A stretch of 64,000 bases of DNA, taken from assembly GCF_006345805.1 (NCBI RefSeq), contig NC_043015.1, forward strand, positions 5,394,001-5,458,000. Direction: 5' to 3'. The position numbers and the translations under genes are program-made. This DNA comes from Octopus sinensis. Taxonomy: Eukaryota. Positions 27,529 to 40,065 of the stretch are shown piece after piece (position 1 is the stretch's first letter; every line of letters starts with the position of its first letter). The notes beneath the pieces are model-generated. The model made no database searches, was not told the origin of the DNA, and saw only the letters and a program-made list of their open reading frames with translations.

Positions 27529-27537
<9 letters not shown>
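27072..27537 (+). mobile_element. (TA)n-adjacent inverted-repeat element with intact-core hammerhead-like motif in the spacer
   Basis: About 55-bp inverted ends (aatgtaggataa... / ...ttatcctacatt); 27225-27282 tatca CTGACGA ...aggg-loop-ccct GAAAT cggtccg ATA tggta. Confidence 0.7.
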
Positions 27538-27587
<50 letters not shown>

Positions 27588-27589
27588 TA

Positions 27590-27641
<52 letters not shown>

Positions 27642-27659
27642 GTATATGTACGCGTGTGT

Positions 27660-27873
27660 ATATGTTTAGATGTCTGTGTTTGCCCTCCCAAAATCGCTTG
27701 ACAACTGATGCTGGTGTGTTTACGTCTCCGTAACTTAGCGTTTCGGCGAAAGAACCGATAGAATAAGTACTAGGCTTACAAAGAATAAGTCCTGGTGTCG
27801 ATTTGCTCGACTAAAAGCAGTGCTCCAGCATGGCCACAGTCAAATGACTGAAACAAGTAAAAGAGTAAAAGAG
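27660..27873 (+). mobile_element. SINE family A, 3' half
   Basis: cgcttgacaac...aaatgactgaaacaagtaaaagagtaaaagag. Confidence 0.85.
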
Positions 27874-29254
27874 TGTAGATGTGTTCTTAGTGATATCAAT
27901 TGGTATTGTACCGTTTTCTTTTGAAAGTTACTATTGTAATAGCCCTGTAAAGAATTATCGTTTAATGCCTAACACTAAGGGGGCATCTTCTGAAAAATAA
28001 TTATCGTAAAATATAAAGGAAAAAAAAAACAAGGATACATATCGTAGCGATATTGCTGAGCAGAAAATTACTAACTGGAGGAAGGGTGGGGTGTACTGAG
28101 CAACCCAGAAAGCAACTCAATGCCGTGATTGAGAAAGAAAATGATGAACAGTAGCTGGCACTGCAATCTGCGCATACTACTTTAGCACGTCTATAATTAG
28201 CATCATTTAAAACATTAATTACATTGATTACACATTTCCCTTTACTAACAAATTGATACCCTTGCAAATAATAATTCGTCCAATGTTTTATAGAACATAC
28301 GCGCGTTTCAGCTAAACGGTGAAATAATTGCATAGTAGTTGATAAACACTATGCAATCGTGGACTGAAACTCACCGGTGTCCGCTAGAAAATATGATCAC
28401 CAAAGCTATAGCATGTGACACAAAAGAGAAAGTGAAAGACAGACTATCGTATCAAGGATGTAGGAGATCCCAAAAAGTGAGGCCACACAGGGAAGGAAGG
28501 TGAGAGGGAAAGAAAGGGAGAGGACAAGGAGGAACGACCTGATCAATGGATGAGAAATTTAAAAGGTTAGGAACACGTACTAAATTGTATTATATGTTCA
28601 GATTGGAATATATATCAGCTAGATATATATTTATCTGTGATGGCCATTAATATTAAGGTAGAAATAAATAGCTAGTGCATAAAAGTTATAGAATACATAC
28701 ATTTGGAGATTCATTGGCAAGCACTTACACGCATGCACATTATAGGCACACGCAAATACACAGGGGGATAACCATACATATACACACATAGATATACACA
28801 CATAGATATACACACATACACCGACACACATATACATAAACACACACATACACACGCACACTCACTCACACACGCACACACACCCAAGCACATGCAGACG
28901 CATCTACACACAGACACATATGTATACGTGCGCACACACACGGACACAAATATACACATATATGTAGTTTCATACCTCTGTCTCCAATCTGAAGACAAAA
29001 CCCAGATTAACCGAATGTATATATTCCTCCACTTTCGGTTGAATATTCTTGACTTTTTGCGAACATCTATATCTGCCAGAATTATCAAGTAATTCTGAAA
29101 GTTCAGAAACAGCTGTCGGGCCCGTTATTTGTTTTTGTACTATGAGTAAGCTTGCCATTTAATATATAAATATCTACATATTTATGCATGAAAGTTTATC
29201 GTCAGCCATGCACAGGCACCGCCTTGAAGAATTTATAGTAAAAAATATCGACCA

Positions 29255-29766
29255 CAGTAATGTTTGTTTTACGTCTGGTACTTATTCTATCGATCTCTTT
29301 TACCGAACCGCTAGGTTACGGGACATAAACACCACAACGGTTGTCAACGCAGAAACGCATAAATTGTTACAACCAAACACACACACGTACCATATATATA
29401 TATATATATATATATATAGGACAGGTCACTTACAGTTTCTGTCTACCAAATCTTCTTTCAAAGAAGTAGGACTGAACTCGGAACCATGTGGTTGGTAAAC
29501 AATCTACTTACCACACACCCACTCCTGCGCCTATACTCTTTACTCTTTTACTTGTTTCAGTCATTTGACTGCAGCCATGCTGGAGCACCGCCTGTAGTCG
29601 ATCAAATCGACCCCGGGACTTATTCTTTGTAAGCCCAGTACTTATTCTATCGGTCTCTTTTGCCGAACCGCTATGTTACGGGCACGTAAACACACCAGCA
29701 TCAGTTGTCAAGCATGCTAGGGGGACAAACACAGACACACAAACACACACACACACATATATATAT

Positions 29767-29850
<84 letters not shown>

Positions 29851-30015
29851 CGACAGGCTTTTTTCAGTTTCCGTCTACCAAATCCACTCACAAGGCATTG
29901 GTCGGCCCGGGGCTATAGCAGAAGACACTTGCCCAAGATGCCACGCAGTGGGACTGAACCCGCAACCATGTGGTTGGTTAGCAAGCTACTTGCCACACAG
30001 CCACTCCTGCGCCTA
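29255..30015 (-). mobile_element. Two tandem SINE family A copies (deleted copy 29255-29534; full copy 29535-30015)
   Basis: Two reverse-complement heads (ccactcctgcgcct at about 29532 and 30013). Confidence 0.85.
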
Positions 30016-30563
30016 TGTATACCTATTTTATCTATATTTATGTATATTAACTGATATATATATATATCCGAAGCGGTTCTATTTGTTTATTTGCACCATT
30101 ATCTCCATATATCATCACGTAGATTCCTTTTATAGCCATTGTTTTCCTATGGAATTAGTACACGGTAACTATTTCGGAGTATAATTTCAAATACTTTGAC
30201 CACTACTTGGGGTTTGAGTTCCTCTGGATCACATCTCTTTACTTTAAATTTATATGCATATACATGCAAACGTGTGTATGCTCACGTTCATAGATATATG
30301 CAGCCACACAAACATATACAAACACAGAAACAATTTTGTATGAACAAAAGCATAAATTTACACGTCTCTATATTTTCTGTCCACACGTCCAATCAGCTAC
30401 CTCTTGATATGTCTATGCAACACATCCGCTATTCATGTGAAGAAACGTACACATCTATCTATTTATCTATGTCTCACTCTCTCTCTCGCTCACTCTCTCT
30501 TTTCGATTTCTCTCTTCTCTCTCTCTCTGTATATGTATATTTATTCTTTATTCTCATATATAT

Positions 30564-30612
<49 letters not shown>

Positions 30613-31193
30613 ACATATACTTATATGTATATATAGACATATATATACGCACTCAGATACAAACTGATATACATATATACACACATACATACATACACAC
30701 ACACACGCACATATAATATATATATATATATATATTATACACGTATATATATGTGTGTGTGCTTACACATTTCAAGAATAGAGATTGCTAAACGGATGCG
30801 GTGGATATGCAATTCCGACAACATGTCAAATAATAGATTTAAATAACACTTTAAACTCGACAGATTTTGTCTGTCAGGAAATGTAAATAATAATTACAAT
30901 GTATCAGAAAATATATCCTTTCTCATTCTAGATGTGTGGACAGCAATTCAAATTTCGATTTTATTTTGCTATCGTTTGTCGCAGGTCAGACCCACCTTTA
31001 CTGATTTTAGCTGGCTAATAATATGACTACGTACTAAAACTATCTCTTCCGGAAAGTCTGGGCTCTGGAAACTTCTGTGGGCTCTCACTTTATAAAGTGC
31101 GTTAAAAGTAATCAGAAATATTAAATTTCTAAATATCTCATACAGATATGTAAGGTGGTGGAGCGATAGAGTGGTTGTATACTGTCAACTTAA

Positions 31194-31405
31194 CGTGACA
31201 GTCCTGTAAGGGAATTACACCACCTCTGTTTAGCTTAGCAGGCCGCTGCTACTCTAGACTCTAGATGCAAGCCTAGCTGTTGGGGCTGTTTGTCTCCCCT
31301 TCGAAAATATATAAGTACACAGGAAATGTGTCAAGGCCGACAGGAAGCGTCGATGCTTCCTAAGGCTAACCAGCGGTAGTGTAATTCCCTTACAGGACTG
31401 TCACA
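31194..31405. mobile_element. 212-bp MITE with about 30-bp TIRs, flanked by TTAA
   Basis: ttaa|cgtgacagtcctgtaagggaattacacc ... gtgtaattcccttacaggactgtcaca|ttaa. Confidence 0.8.
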
Positions 31406-33904
31406 TTAAAAGTAATGTTATCGCCTTATACAGTGGTAAAACCTTCGAAACTGAGTACCATACAAAACTCCTACCGAAATCACCCACCTTCGCCCTCATT
31501 ACACCTCTATTTTCCTGATTCGGTAGCTTCCCTGCTCCATCGCACCATCATGATATATGCGGCTGGGTTCATTTTGTCAACCCTGACGTACCTCACGTTT
31601 TGGGATTTTCCTCCATTCACTTTCTTCTGAACATCTGCGACTTATCAGGCATCACGTTCAACGACAAACAAGAGGGAATTGTCATTCTTACTTAAAATTC
31701 CTCAACTGCAAATCACACCTTTTCGCAAAATCAATACCATTCACCAAATCTTCACAGGTTACGTAAACAGAAACATAGAAACCATACTCAAGTAGGGCTA
31801 CGCTTAAATATTTCTTCAGTATTACTCATATAAATAAAATTCACCGGAACATGCACTCCACATTTAACAGCTATACAACCTTCTCGATAACTCGAAATGA
31901 TACCACGTACTTTCACTGACAACAGTGCTTGTGGATATATTATGCTTTACAACATCCAAGATTGAACTTTCAGTCTAGAGCTATAAAATATTTGACTTGC
32001 TAAAAAGTGTACGTACGTCAAGTAAAATCGACGGAAGTTTTACTGTTTCTGCATCTACGTCGATGCTGCTTATACACAATCAGACATGCTTGGCTGTGTC
32101 CAAAGTAACGTCAATGTACTTTCTGGCGTTATATCAGTCACAGACACACTACACCAATATCGTCTCTTCTCTTCATTCTTTGTCACTACCATAATGGTCG
32201 TATGATTGACAATTTTTCGACCACTTCTGGAAGAGCACTGCTGAAACCCATGACCTTTCAGTTTCTCATTTCGCTGTGGTACCCAACACCTAGGCAATAC
32301 CATAACAATTATGCCCTATGTTTCCATCCTTGAATATTGATTATCTGTAATTTCCTCTTTGCACTTGTCTTTCTATAAGTGTGTAGCTTAACTTCATTGC
32401 AGCATTTGGGTCACGCCTTTGGGTATGTTCCACCCTTGTACCAATTTCTCATACCGAGTATGTAGGGCAAGTTATGTTTTATTCATGTCTGAGAAATTTT
32501 TGTCTCCCCAACAATAAACAGAAATGAATAAAGTTATGAAATACTCTTTCCGAGATAGTTTTGGCCAAAGACGAATATTATCGTTTTTATTCAGTTTATC
32601 TGCTTGTCGTTAAACAGTATAACATACGATCAACGTCATTAAACGATGTTTCATGTTTCCTGTCCTCAAATGATATATCTGCGTAACAAATCTACCAGCA
32701 AACTGGATAAAAAATCGATTACCCTAAACGACACTTATATACTATCTTTAGTTCTTTCAGCTCCTCGATCTTATAGCGGTCCCTTAATTTTTCCGGGTCA
32801 TGGCTGTAATGTATGTTGAACATAGATTTTCTCAACAAATACTAATACTAATAAAATTACTCTGTACCTACGATTATGATATAACACAAGATTGAATTCT
32901 CAAAAGATATGTTTCGGTATGTGTGCGTATGGATTAATAAATCTGTATATACGGAAATTGTGTGACCCAAGAAATGGATAGTAGACATGTATCAATGAAA
33001 GAGCAAATTCCTTTAGATGACTGGGAACTTTTATGCCAACTGATTCGTCTTTAGATACCAAATTCAATGTAAGATTTCAGAACGTAAACCAATCAATAAG
33101 AATAATTCCAAATGTCTAGGAATCGTTTAGATTGGTGATTCTTACAAAAATTAGATTATATAAATCGGTACTCAGAAGTGCTTTAACATATGAAAGGAAG
33201 TCTTGGAATAGCAATCAAACATAGCTAAACGCCTTTGAAAAATAAAGCGTTACGAAGAATCTAGAAGATCAAATGGCATGGTTTTGTACGAAATGAAGTG
33301 GTTTAGCACATAATAAAAGTACCATATATTGAGAGATGAAGAAATAACGAAGCGTAAATGGGGACGGTGCAAGCGTTTTGGTTCTACAGAGAAAAGCCGT
33401 GTAGTACGTCTGCCATTAAAGTGGATAGTCATAGGTAGAATTAGCAGTTGGTTGAGAAGAATAGAGAAAGAGAAAGAAAGGAAAAACGACTGAGCCGAGA
33501 GTGAAACAGAAATATAGAACATATATGGGAATAAATAGAGGAAAATTCTGCCATATGATATTGTAAGTAGTTGCAGGTAGAATCACACAAACAGTTTTCT
33601 GTCTATATGTAATGGTTCCGCTGCACATATTTTAATGAGATCTTTTTGAAATTAATGTGTAGATTATATCATTTTATATTCTACAATGCTTAATGTAAAA
33701 TGTATAGATTTTTAAAAGAAGCAGTGTATACTCTATTACGTTTAATTAATTCACGTATATTGCACAAAACAAGCTATTAGTCTAAATGTTGTCCTTGTAA
33801 CAACCCACTCAGGTGATTCGGGTTTATTTGAAAAATCATAAAATGGTATATTCCTTTGTATTAGAAAGGAATGGGTATAATTTATGTGTGTGGGTTTGTG
33901 TGTG

Positions 33905-34170
33905 TGTGTGTATGAGTGAGAGAGTGAGTGAGTGAGTGGGTGAGTGAGTGAGTGAGTAAATGAGTGAATGAGTGAATGAGTAAGTGGGTGAGTGAGTGAG
34001 TGAGTGAGTGGGTGAGTGGTGAGTGAGTGAGTGAGTGAGTGAGTGAGTGAGTGAGTGAGTGAGTGAGTGGGTGGGTGAGAGTGAGTGAGTGAGTGAGTGA
34101 GAGAGTAGGTGAGTGAGTGAGTGGGTGAGTGGGTGAGTGGGTGAGTGAGTGAGTGAGTGAGTGAGTTAGT
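33905..34170. repeat. (TGAG)n tetranucleotide microsatellite
   Basis: Directly visible. Confidence 0.95.
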
Positions 34171-34171
34171 G

Positions 34172-34435
34172 AAGGTGCATGGCTAGGTGGTTGAAATATC
34201 GGGCTCACAACCATGAGGTAGTGACTTCGATTCCGGGACCGGGCTGTGTTCTAGATTCTTGTTCCTGTTCACCTAGCTGTAGAAATAAGTTGCACATCAT
34301 TGGTGCCAAGCTGTATCAGCATTTGCCTTTCTCTTGGATATCATCGGTGACGTCACTAGAGGAGGCTGTATGCATGGGCGAATGCTGGTCGTCCATAAAG
34401 AACCTAGCCGGGACTGGTGCCTCAGAGAGGCAATC
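34172..34435 (+). mobile_element. SINE family E (tRNA-like head)
   Basis: A-box-like tggctaggtgg and B-box-like cttcgattcc followed by a SINE-length body. Confidence 0.6.
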
Positions 34436-34896
34436 ACACAGTCATTCATGACCGAACGGTGCGTTTATGTGTGTATATTTGTGTGTGTGTCTATGCATAT
34501 ATAAATTTGTGTGTGCCTGTGTGTATGTGCGTGTGTGTGTGTGTGTGTTTGTGTGTGTTCATTTATAGAAGGCTATTATTTTCTCAATGTTCTGGCACTC
34601 GGCGTTACGGGCATATGTTCTGTTCTACCGCCACGAATAAACCTACAATTTAGAAGTGAAATTTGATGGTTAGAACCAGTAATTCGAAAAATCAACCTTG
34701 ACTCAAGGACTATCGAGCTGATTCTCTCAGAAAATTATGTTAAGTATACACTCATCTGTGGAACATATAAAGCATTCAATCCACTAACGCACCACGCACA
34801 CTTGAAATATATATATATATATATACCGGAGTAAACACATAAATGTGAAACAAGGTGGAAAAAAGAGTACTCAAATACCAGGGGTAGAGTAATATG

Positions 34897-35017
34897 CTTT
34901 ATTTAAAATCAGCAGAAATTCAACAAAACCTGTTACTCGGAGTTTCACGTTCATCGAACGGGTACGTGAAACTCCGAGTAACAGGTTTTGTTGAATTCCT
35001 GCTGCTCTTAAATAAAG
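34897..35017. repeat. Fold-back palindrome, 54-bp arms, 13-nt loop, with hammerhead half-motifs
   Basis: ...gttactcggagtttcacgt [tcatcgaacgggt] acgtgaaactccgagtaac... Confidence 0.9.
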
Positions 35018-35032
35018 TATATATATACATGT

Positions 35033-35210
35033 TTGATCATATTCATGAATTCATTTCTTTAGACGATATAAAGTTAATGGATGTATAACAGAGATGATTA
35101 TCCCTATTGTCCAACATGAAGTTTGACTGGACAAAATGGATAAGCATCCCTCTGCTGTACATCCATTAATGTTATATCTCCTGATGAAATGAATCCATGA
35201 ATATGATCAA
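35033..35210. repeat. Imperfect long hairpin (about 75-bp arms)
   Basis: ttgatcatattcatgaattcatttc / gaaatgaatccatgaatatgatcaa; ttaatggatgta / tacatccattaa; ttgtcca / tggacaa. Confidence 0.8.
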
Positions 35211-35408
35211 CCCGATGCCCAGGGATACTACGGAATACATTGTAATCATCTAAGGAACAGGGCCTGTGATCTTGAGAGACAAAAGTTGTGGAAACACGCG
35301 TAGCGATGCATTAAATGTTTATAAACTCAATTCAAAGATTATTGTTATTATATATATATATATATATATAATATATATATATATCATATATATATTATAT
35401 ATATATAT

Positions 35409-35451
<43 letters not shown>

Positions 35452-35514
35452 ATATATATATATGTACATACAAACACAAACATACGTACATACATGTGTG
35501 TGTAAGTATATGTG

Positions 35515-35561
<47 letters not shown>

Positions 35562-35607
35562 TATAGGTGAGAATGTTGGTGTGTGAAAGCACGTGGTTGA
35601 ATATATT

Positions 35608-35879
35608 GAAAATAGTAAAAAGTGAAAAAACTACAGAAGGCTTGTTTTAGAAGGTTAAAAAATAAATATTTGTGTCATTATGTCTGAAGAATGTTATAAA
35701 TTTTTTTCATACAATGACATAGTTTTTGAAGAAAGACCGGTTTCGCGTTCAGCTTTTCAAATTTCTATGAAAATTTATAAGAAAAAAATTTATAACATTC
35801 TTCAGACATAATGACTCAAATATATATTTTTTAACATTCTAAAACAAGTCTTCTGTAGTTTTTTCACTTTTTACTATTT

Positions 35880-35881
<2 letters not shown>
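35608..35881. repeat. Inverted repeat (about 101-bp arms, 72-bp spacer) with degenerate hammerhead-like motif in the spacer
   Basis: 35608-35708 is the reverse complement of 35781-35881; minus 35765-35731 gaaat TTGAAAA gc tgaac gc GAAAC CG GTC tttc. Confidence 0.85.
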
Positions 35882-35941
<60 letters not shown>

Positions 35942-36018
35942 ATATATATATATATATATAATATATATATATATACATAGATATAGATATAGATATGAGT
36001 GTGTGTGTATATATATGT

Positions 36019-36083
<65 letters not shown>

Positions 36084-36892
36084 GTACTAATGTAATAACT
36101 CCTTTCATAACATTTTAACTTAGCTTTGCAAGAATATTACTTTGCATAAAACTTGTGAGTGATTATAAATGTTTACGCGAAACCATAGCATCGCAGTTCC
36201 ACCCGTACCCAATATAGCAGATAAGAAGCTTCTATATGTCTGTAAGTAATCGAGATGTCTCTGAAGTAGCCGACTCTTAATAGCGTCTCGTGGAAAATCT
36301 TTTCTAATACTAGGTTTACAATTCTCACCGTGTCACCAAAGTATTGCTCCGCTGAACAACAGGTGGTATCTTATAAATTGTATCGTATTTAAATGAAATG
36401 AAAGATATACACTTATATTTCTTAGAAGCTCAGCAACTTCACTGAAGCTGAGATATTTTCGGACAAAAGATATGGTTTAGCTCCTTGACTACATCACAGC
36501 TTCACAATCTTTCACTCTCCTCTTTCATATTTAACAAATATAAAATGACAGTGTTTCTTTTATCTATTTTTGAGAAACTCTGGATAAATTGTAAAATTGC
36601 TATATTCTTCTGGGAATGGAGTTGTTCTTGAGAAGTGCAAAGAAGATACTCCAGAAGGGTGGATTTTTAATTAATCCCAATGCATATATATTTGTGTGAA
36701 TTCATATACGATATTCATGCACGCTGCAGTAAAGCCGAAATTGAAAATCTAAAACCAATACTAGTACGATTATATGGAATATTCTAGTAATATCAATCGC
36801 ACACTCAGTCCAAAAGGAGGCAGCGTGTACTTAATATTTGATAACGTTAAATAAATTAGATTGAACATAGCAGAGAAGCTAGACATCAAGTA

Positions 36893-38071
36893 TCAAGCCA
36901 TCCCATAAATTCCGTCCGATTTTACCATTGCTTTTAATTGGATGAAATTTAATAATATTTTGGAATGTCAAATAGAATTATAAATTATTTTTATGCATTT
37001 GCGTACATTTAAACTGAATCAATATTGTTTTTAAAAAATAATAGAATTAAAATTTCGTTTATTAAAACCCTTTCTAAATGAAAGTATCCTAAGAGCATTT
37101 CAGGCACATAATGTTTTATGAGTACAAAAAGGAAACTCTGCAGCCGAAGCGATTCGAAACATACACTCAGTTTATGGGAAAGAATGCATGAATGAAAAAT
37201 TTGCAAAATGAAATGGTTTGCAAAATTCAGAAATGGAGATTTAAGTCTTAATTCAAACCATAGAACGGTACCTCGTTATCTTCAACAACTTGGAAAGGTT
37301 CCTAAGCTTGGAAAATTGGTGTCTCATGAATTGTCCGAAAGCAACCGCAAATCCCGCGTTGACATCTGCTTTTCCCTCTATTCTCGCGAACTCATTTCAC
37401 CCTTATTGGATAGACTTCTGTCTGGTGACGTTAAATGGATCTTCTATCGATATGTTAAACGTCGTAAACAGTGGCTTGGTAAAAGGCAAAAAGGTCAACC
37501 ACAATAGAGAAGGGATCTTCAGCGAGGAAAAGGTTCTTCTCTCTATCTGGTGGGATTGCAAAGGAGTAATTCAATTTGCATTGTTACCACCTAATGCATC
37601 AATCAATGGTCAACTCTACTGTCAGCAATTAGAGCGGTTGAACTCAGCTTTCAAGAAAAAAAATGACCCGCTGTAGTGAATCGAAAAGGAGTGATGTTTC
37701 ACCAGGACAATGTGCGACCCCACACTACAAAGATCATATCACAGAACATCGAAGAGCTTGGTTGGCAAAAAAATTCTCATCCACCATATTCTCTTGACCT
37801 TGCTCCTTCAGACTACCATTTGTTTCATATTCTACAGAATCATTTAGGGAACATAACTTTCGCAAGCGAGGAGGAGGTCAAAACTGATATTTAAGTGTTA
37901 TTCGGTTTGAAATCACAAGAGCTTTACATTGATGGGATAAAAATTCTTGTAAATAGATAGAAGGATGTCATAGATAATCAGTGCATTGATGATTAAATTT
38001 CAATTAAATATAACATTTTATCACTTGTTTTCTTTATTCAAAATTCGGACAGAACTTACGGGATGACTTGA
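36893..38071 (+). mobile_element. mariner (D,D34D) element, both TIRs and TA TSD present, transposase inactivated
   Basis: ta|tcaagccatcccataaattccgtccg ... cggacagaacttacgggatgacttga|ta; ORF pieces WFAKFRNGD, GDVKWIFY, KVLLSIWWDCKG, FHQDNVRPH, HPPYSLDLAPSDYHLF; frameshifts and internal deletion. Confidence 0.95.
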
Positions 38072-38428
38072 TAATTGCCTTGATTTTTTATATAAAGTAA
38101 GCATTAACGTAGTAACATATTCCGAAAATAATGATCTGGTATGCTACTATGTTTATTGCAGATGTTAGCCTGGTAATGCGGCACGTCAAAAATAGCAGGT
38201 GTGCAGTATAAATAACATATTCTGATTCACTACATGCGATTGTTAAAGCGACCTAAATCACAAGGTCGTCTCAGAAGAGGCTAAAAGAAATTAAAAAAAC
38301 ATGAATAAATGATACCATGCGATAAACGAACACTGATGAATACGATTCAAATACAAAAAAGGCTGTAGTATAACAGACTAAAAATGACTGTAAAATAAGC
38401 GCAGGAGTGTTTGTATGGTAAGTAGCTA

Positions 38429-38737
38429 TAGGAGCAGGAGTGGCAGTGTGGTTAATAGCTTGCTTACCAACCACATGGTTCCGGGTTCAGTCCCACTTGA
38501 CAACAGTCCCACTTGACAACAGTCCCACTTGACAACAGTCCCACTTGACAACAGTCGCTTGACAACAGATATTGGTGTGTTTACGTCACCCGTAACTTAG
38601 CGGTTCGGCAAAAGAGACCGATAGAATAAGTACTAGGCTTACAAAGAATAAGTCCTGGGGTCGATTTGCTCGACTAAAAGCGGTGCTCCAGCATAGCCAC
38701 AGTCAAATGACTGAAACAAGTTGAAGAGTAAACGAGT
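38429..38737 (+). mobile_element. SINE family A, internally deleted, with 16-bp tandem repeat at the junction
   Basis: (cagtcccacttgacaa)x4 plus one variant at 38488-38566. Confidence 0.9.
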
Positions 38738-39401
38738 AATCAAAATGAGGGAGATATGTTAGGAAACCCATGTGCATAGTCGACATCAGTGACAACAAAA
38801 AAATTTTATCTTAATGTATATTGAAGAAAGACAAAGCAACCATTAATGACGAAACTAAACAAGCGACGAGAGATTTAATTTCATTCCTGCCTAGTGAGGA
38901 CAGAATTATTTCATTATTGTCTTTAATGAGATTACGCGCTACTAGAACATTTCCTTATATTATTCAAATCGTCCTAGACCCTTACGGTGTTACTGATTAA
39001 ATCTCCATGTAGATTTGAATAAGCAATCGCATTTTAAGGTATAACAGGAAAACCTTTTGCAATGCCTCGAGAACATGATATGCATTTACTCGACATAAAT
39101 TCATCACTGTAATTTTGAAAATACTCTGTAACGTAAACATGGAATAGGCATATAAACGAAATAGCTAGAAGGCTAGAAAATAAAATAAAAAGGAAATGTG
39201 TGAATAAAGTGGGTATCATGTAATCTTACGTGCAATAGAAGTGCAATTTTTCTCATGTATATTCACTGTATTCTACCCGAGGAGTAATGGAACAAAACAG
39301 AAAAAATACAGCCCACAGTGCTTTATGAAGTGGAAAGGAAAGCAAATGCATTTCATCACTAATAATAAAACTAAGATGGTATATGTATATTATATCTGTA
39401 T

Positions 39402-39474
<73 letters not shown>

Positions 39475-39733
39475 CGTAAGTATGTATATACGTATATGTA
39501 TATTGATATATTTATATCGACATATATATGCATCTTTAAATATATATATATATATAATGGCACGTATTTATACTCCATCTATCTATCTACATACATATCT
39601 ATCCATCGACATAATATCTATCTATCTTTTTTTCTTTTTCTTTTAGTTTCAGCTCAGAGCTTCGGCCATGCTCATGCACCGCCGTTGTATATATTTTATA
39701 TAATATATATATATATATTATATATATATATAT

Positions 39734-39803
<70 letters not shown>

Positions 39804-39984
39804 TATATATATATGTATGTATATATATATATATATATATATATACATACATACATATATATATATGTATATATATATATATAAGTAAATATAAGAGAGT
39901 GGTCACTATGTGGCTCACTCTAGCACTAGAAATAGCTCCAATAGGTTTCAACCACAAAAATAAAGCTTATTAATTAATTATATA

Positions 39985-40062
<78 letters not shown>

Positions 40063-40065
<3 letters not shown>

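Noticed and set aside
32080-32280. Minus-strand SW...LFQKW...ILV pattern faintly like a pogo/CENP-B DDE domain
   Set aside because: Too degenerate to support without a profile search.
38488-38566. Short regularly repeated unit resembling a CRISPR array
   Set aside because: Contiguous 16-bp tandem repeat without spacers, derived from SINE sequence, in eukaryotic DNA.
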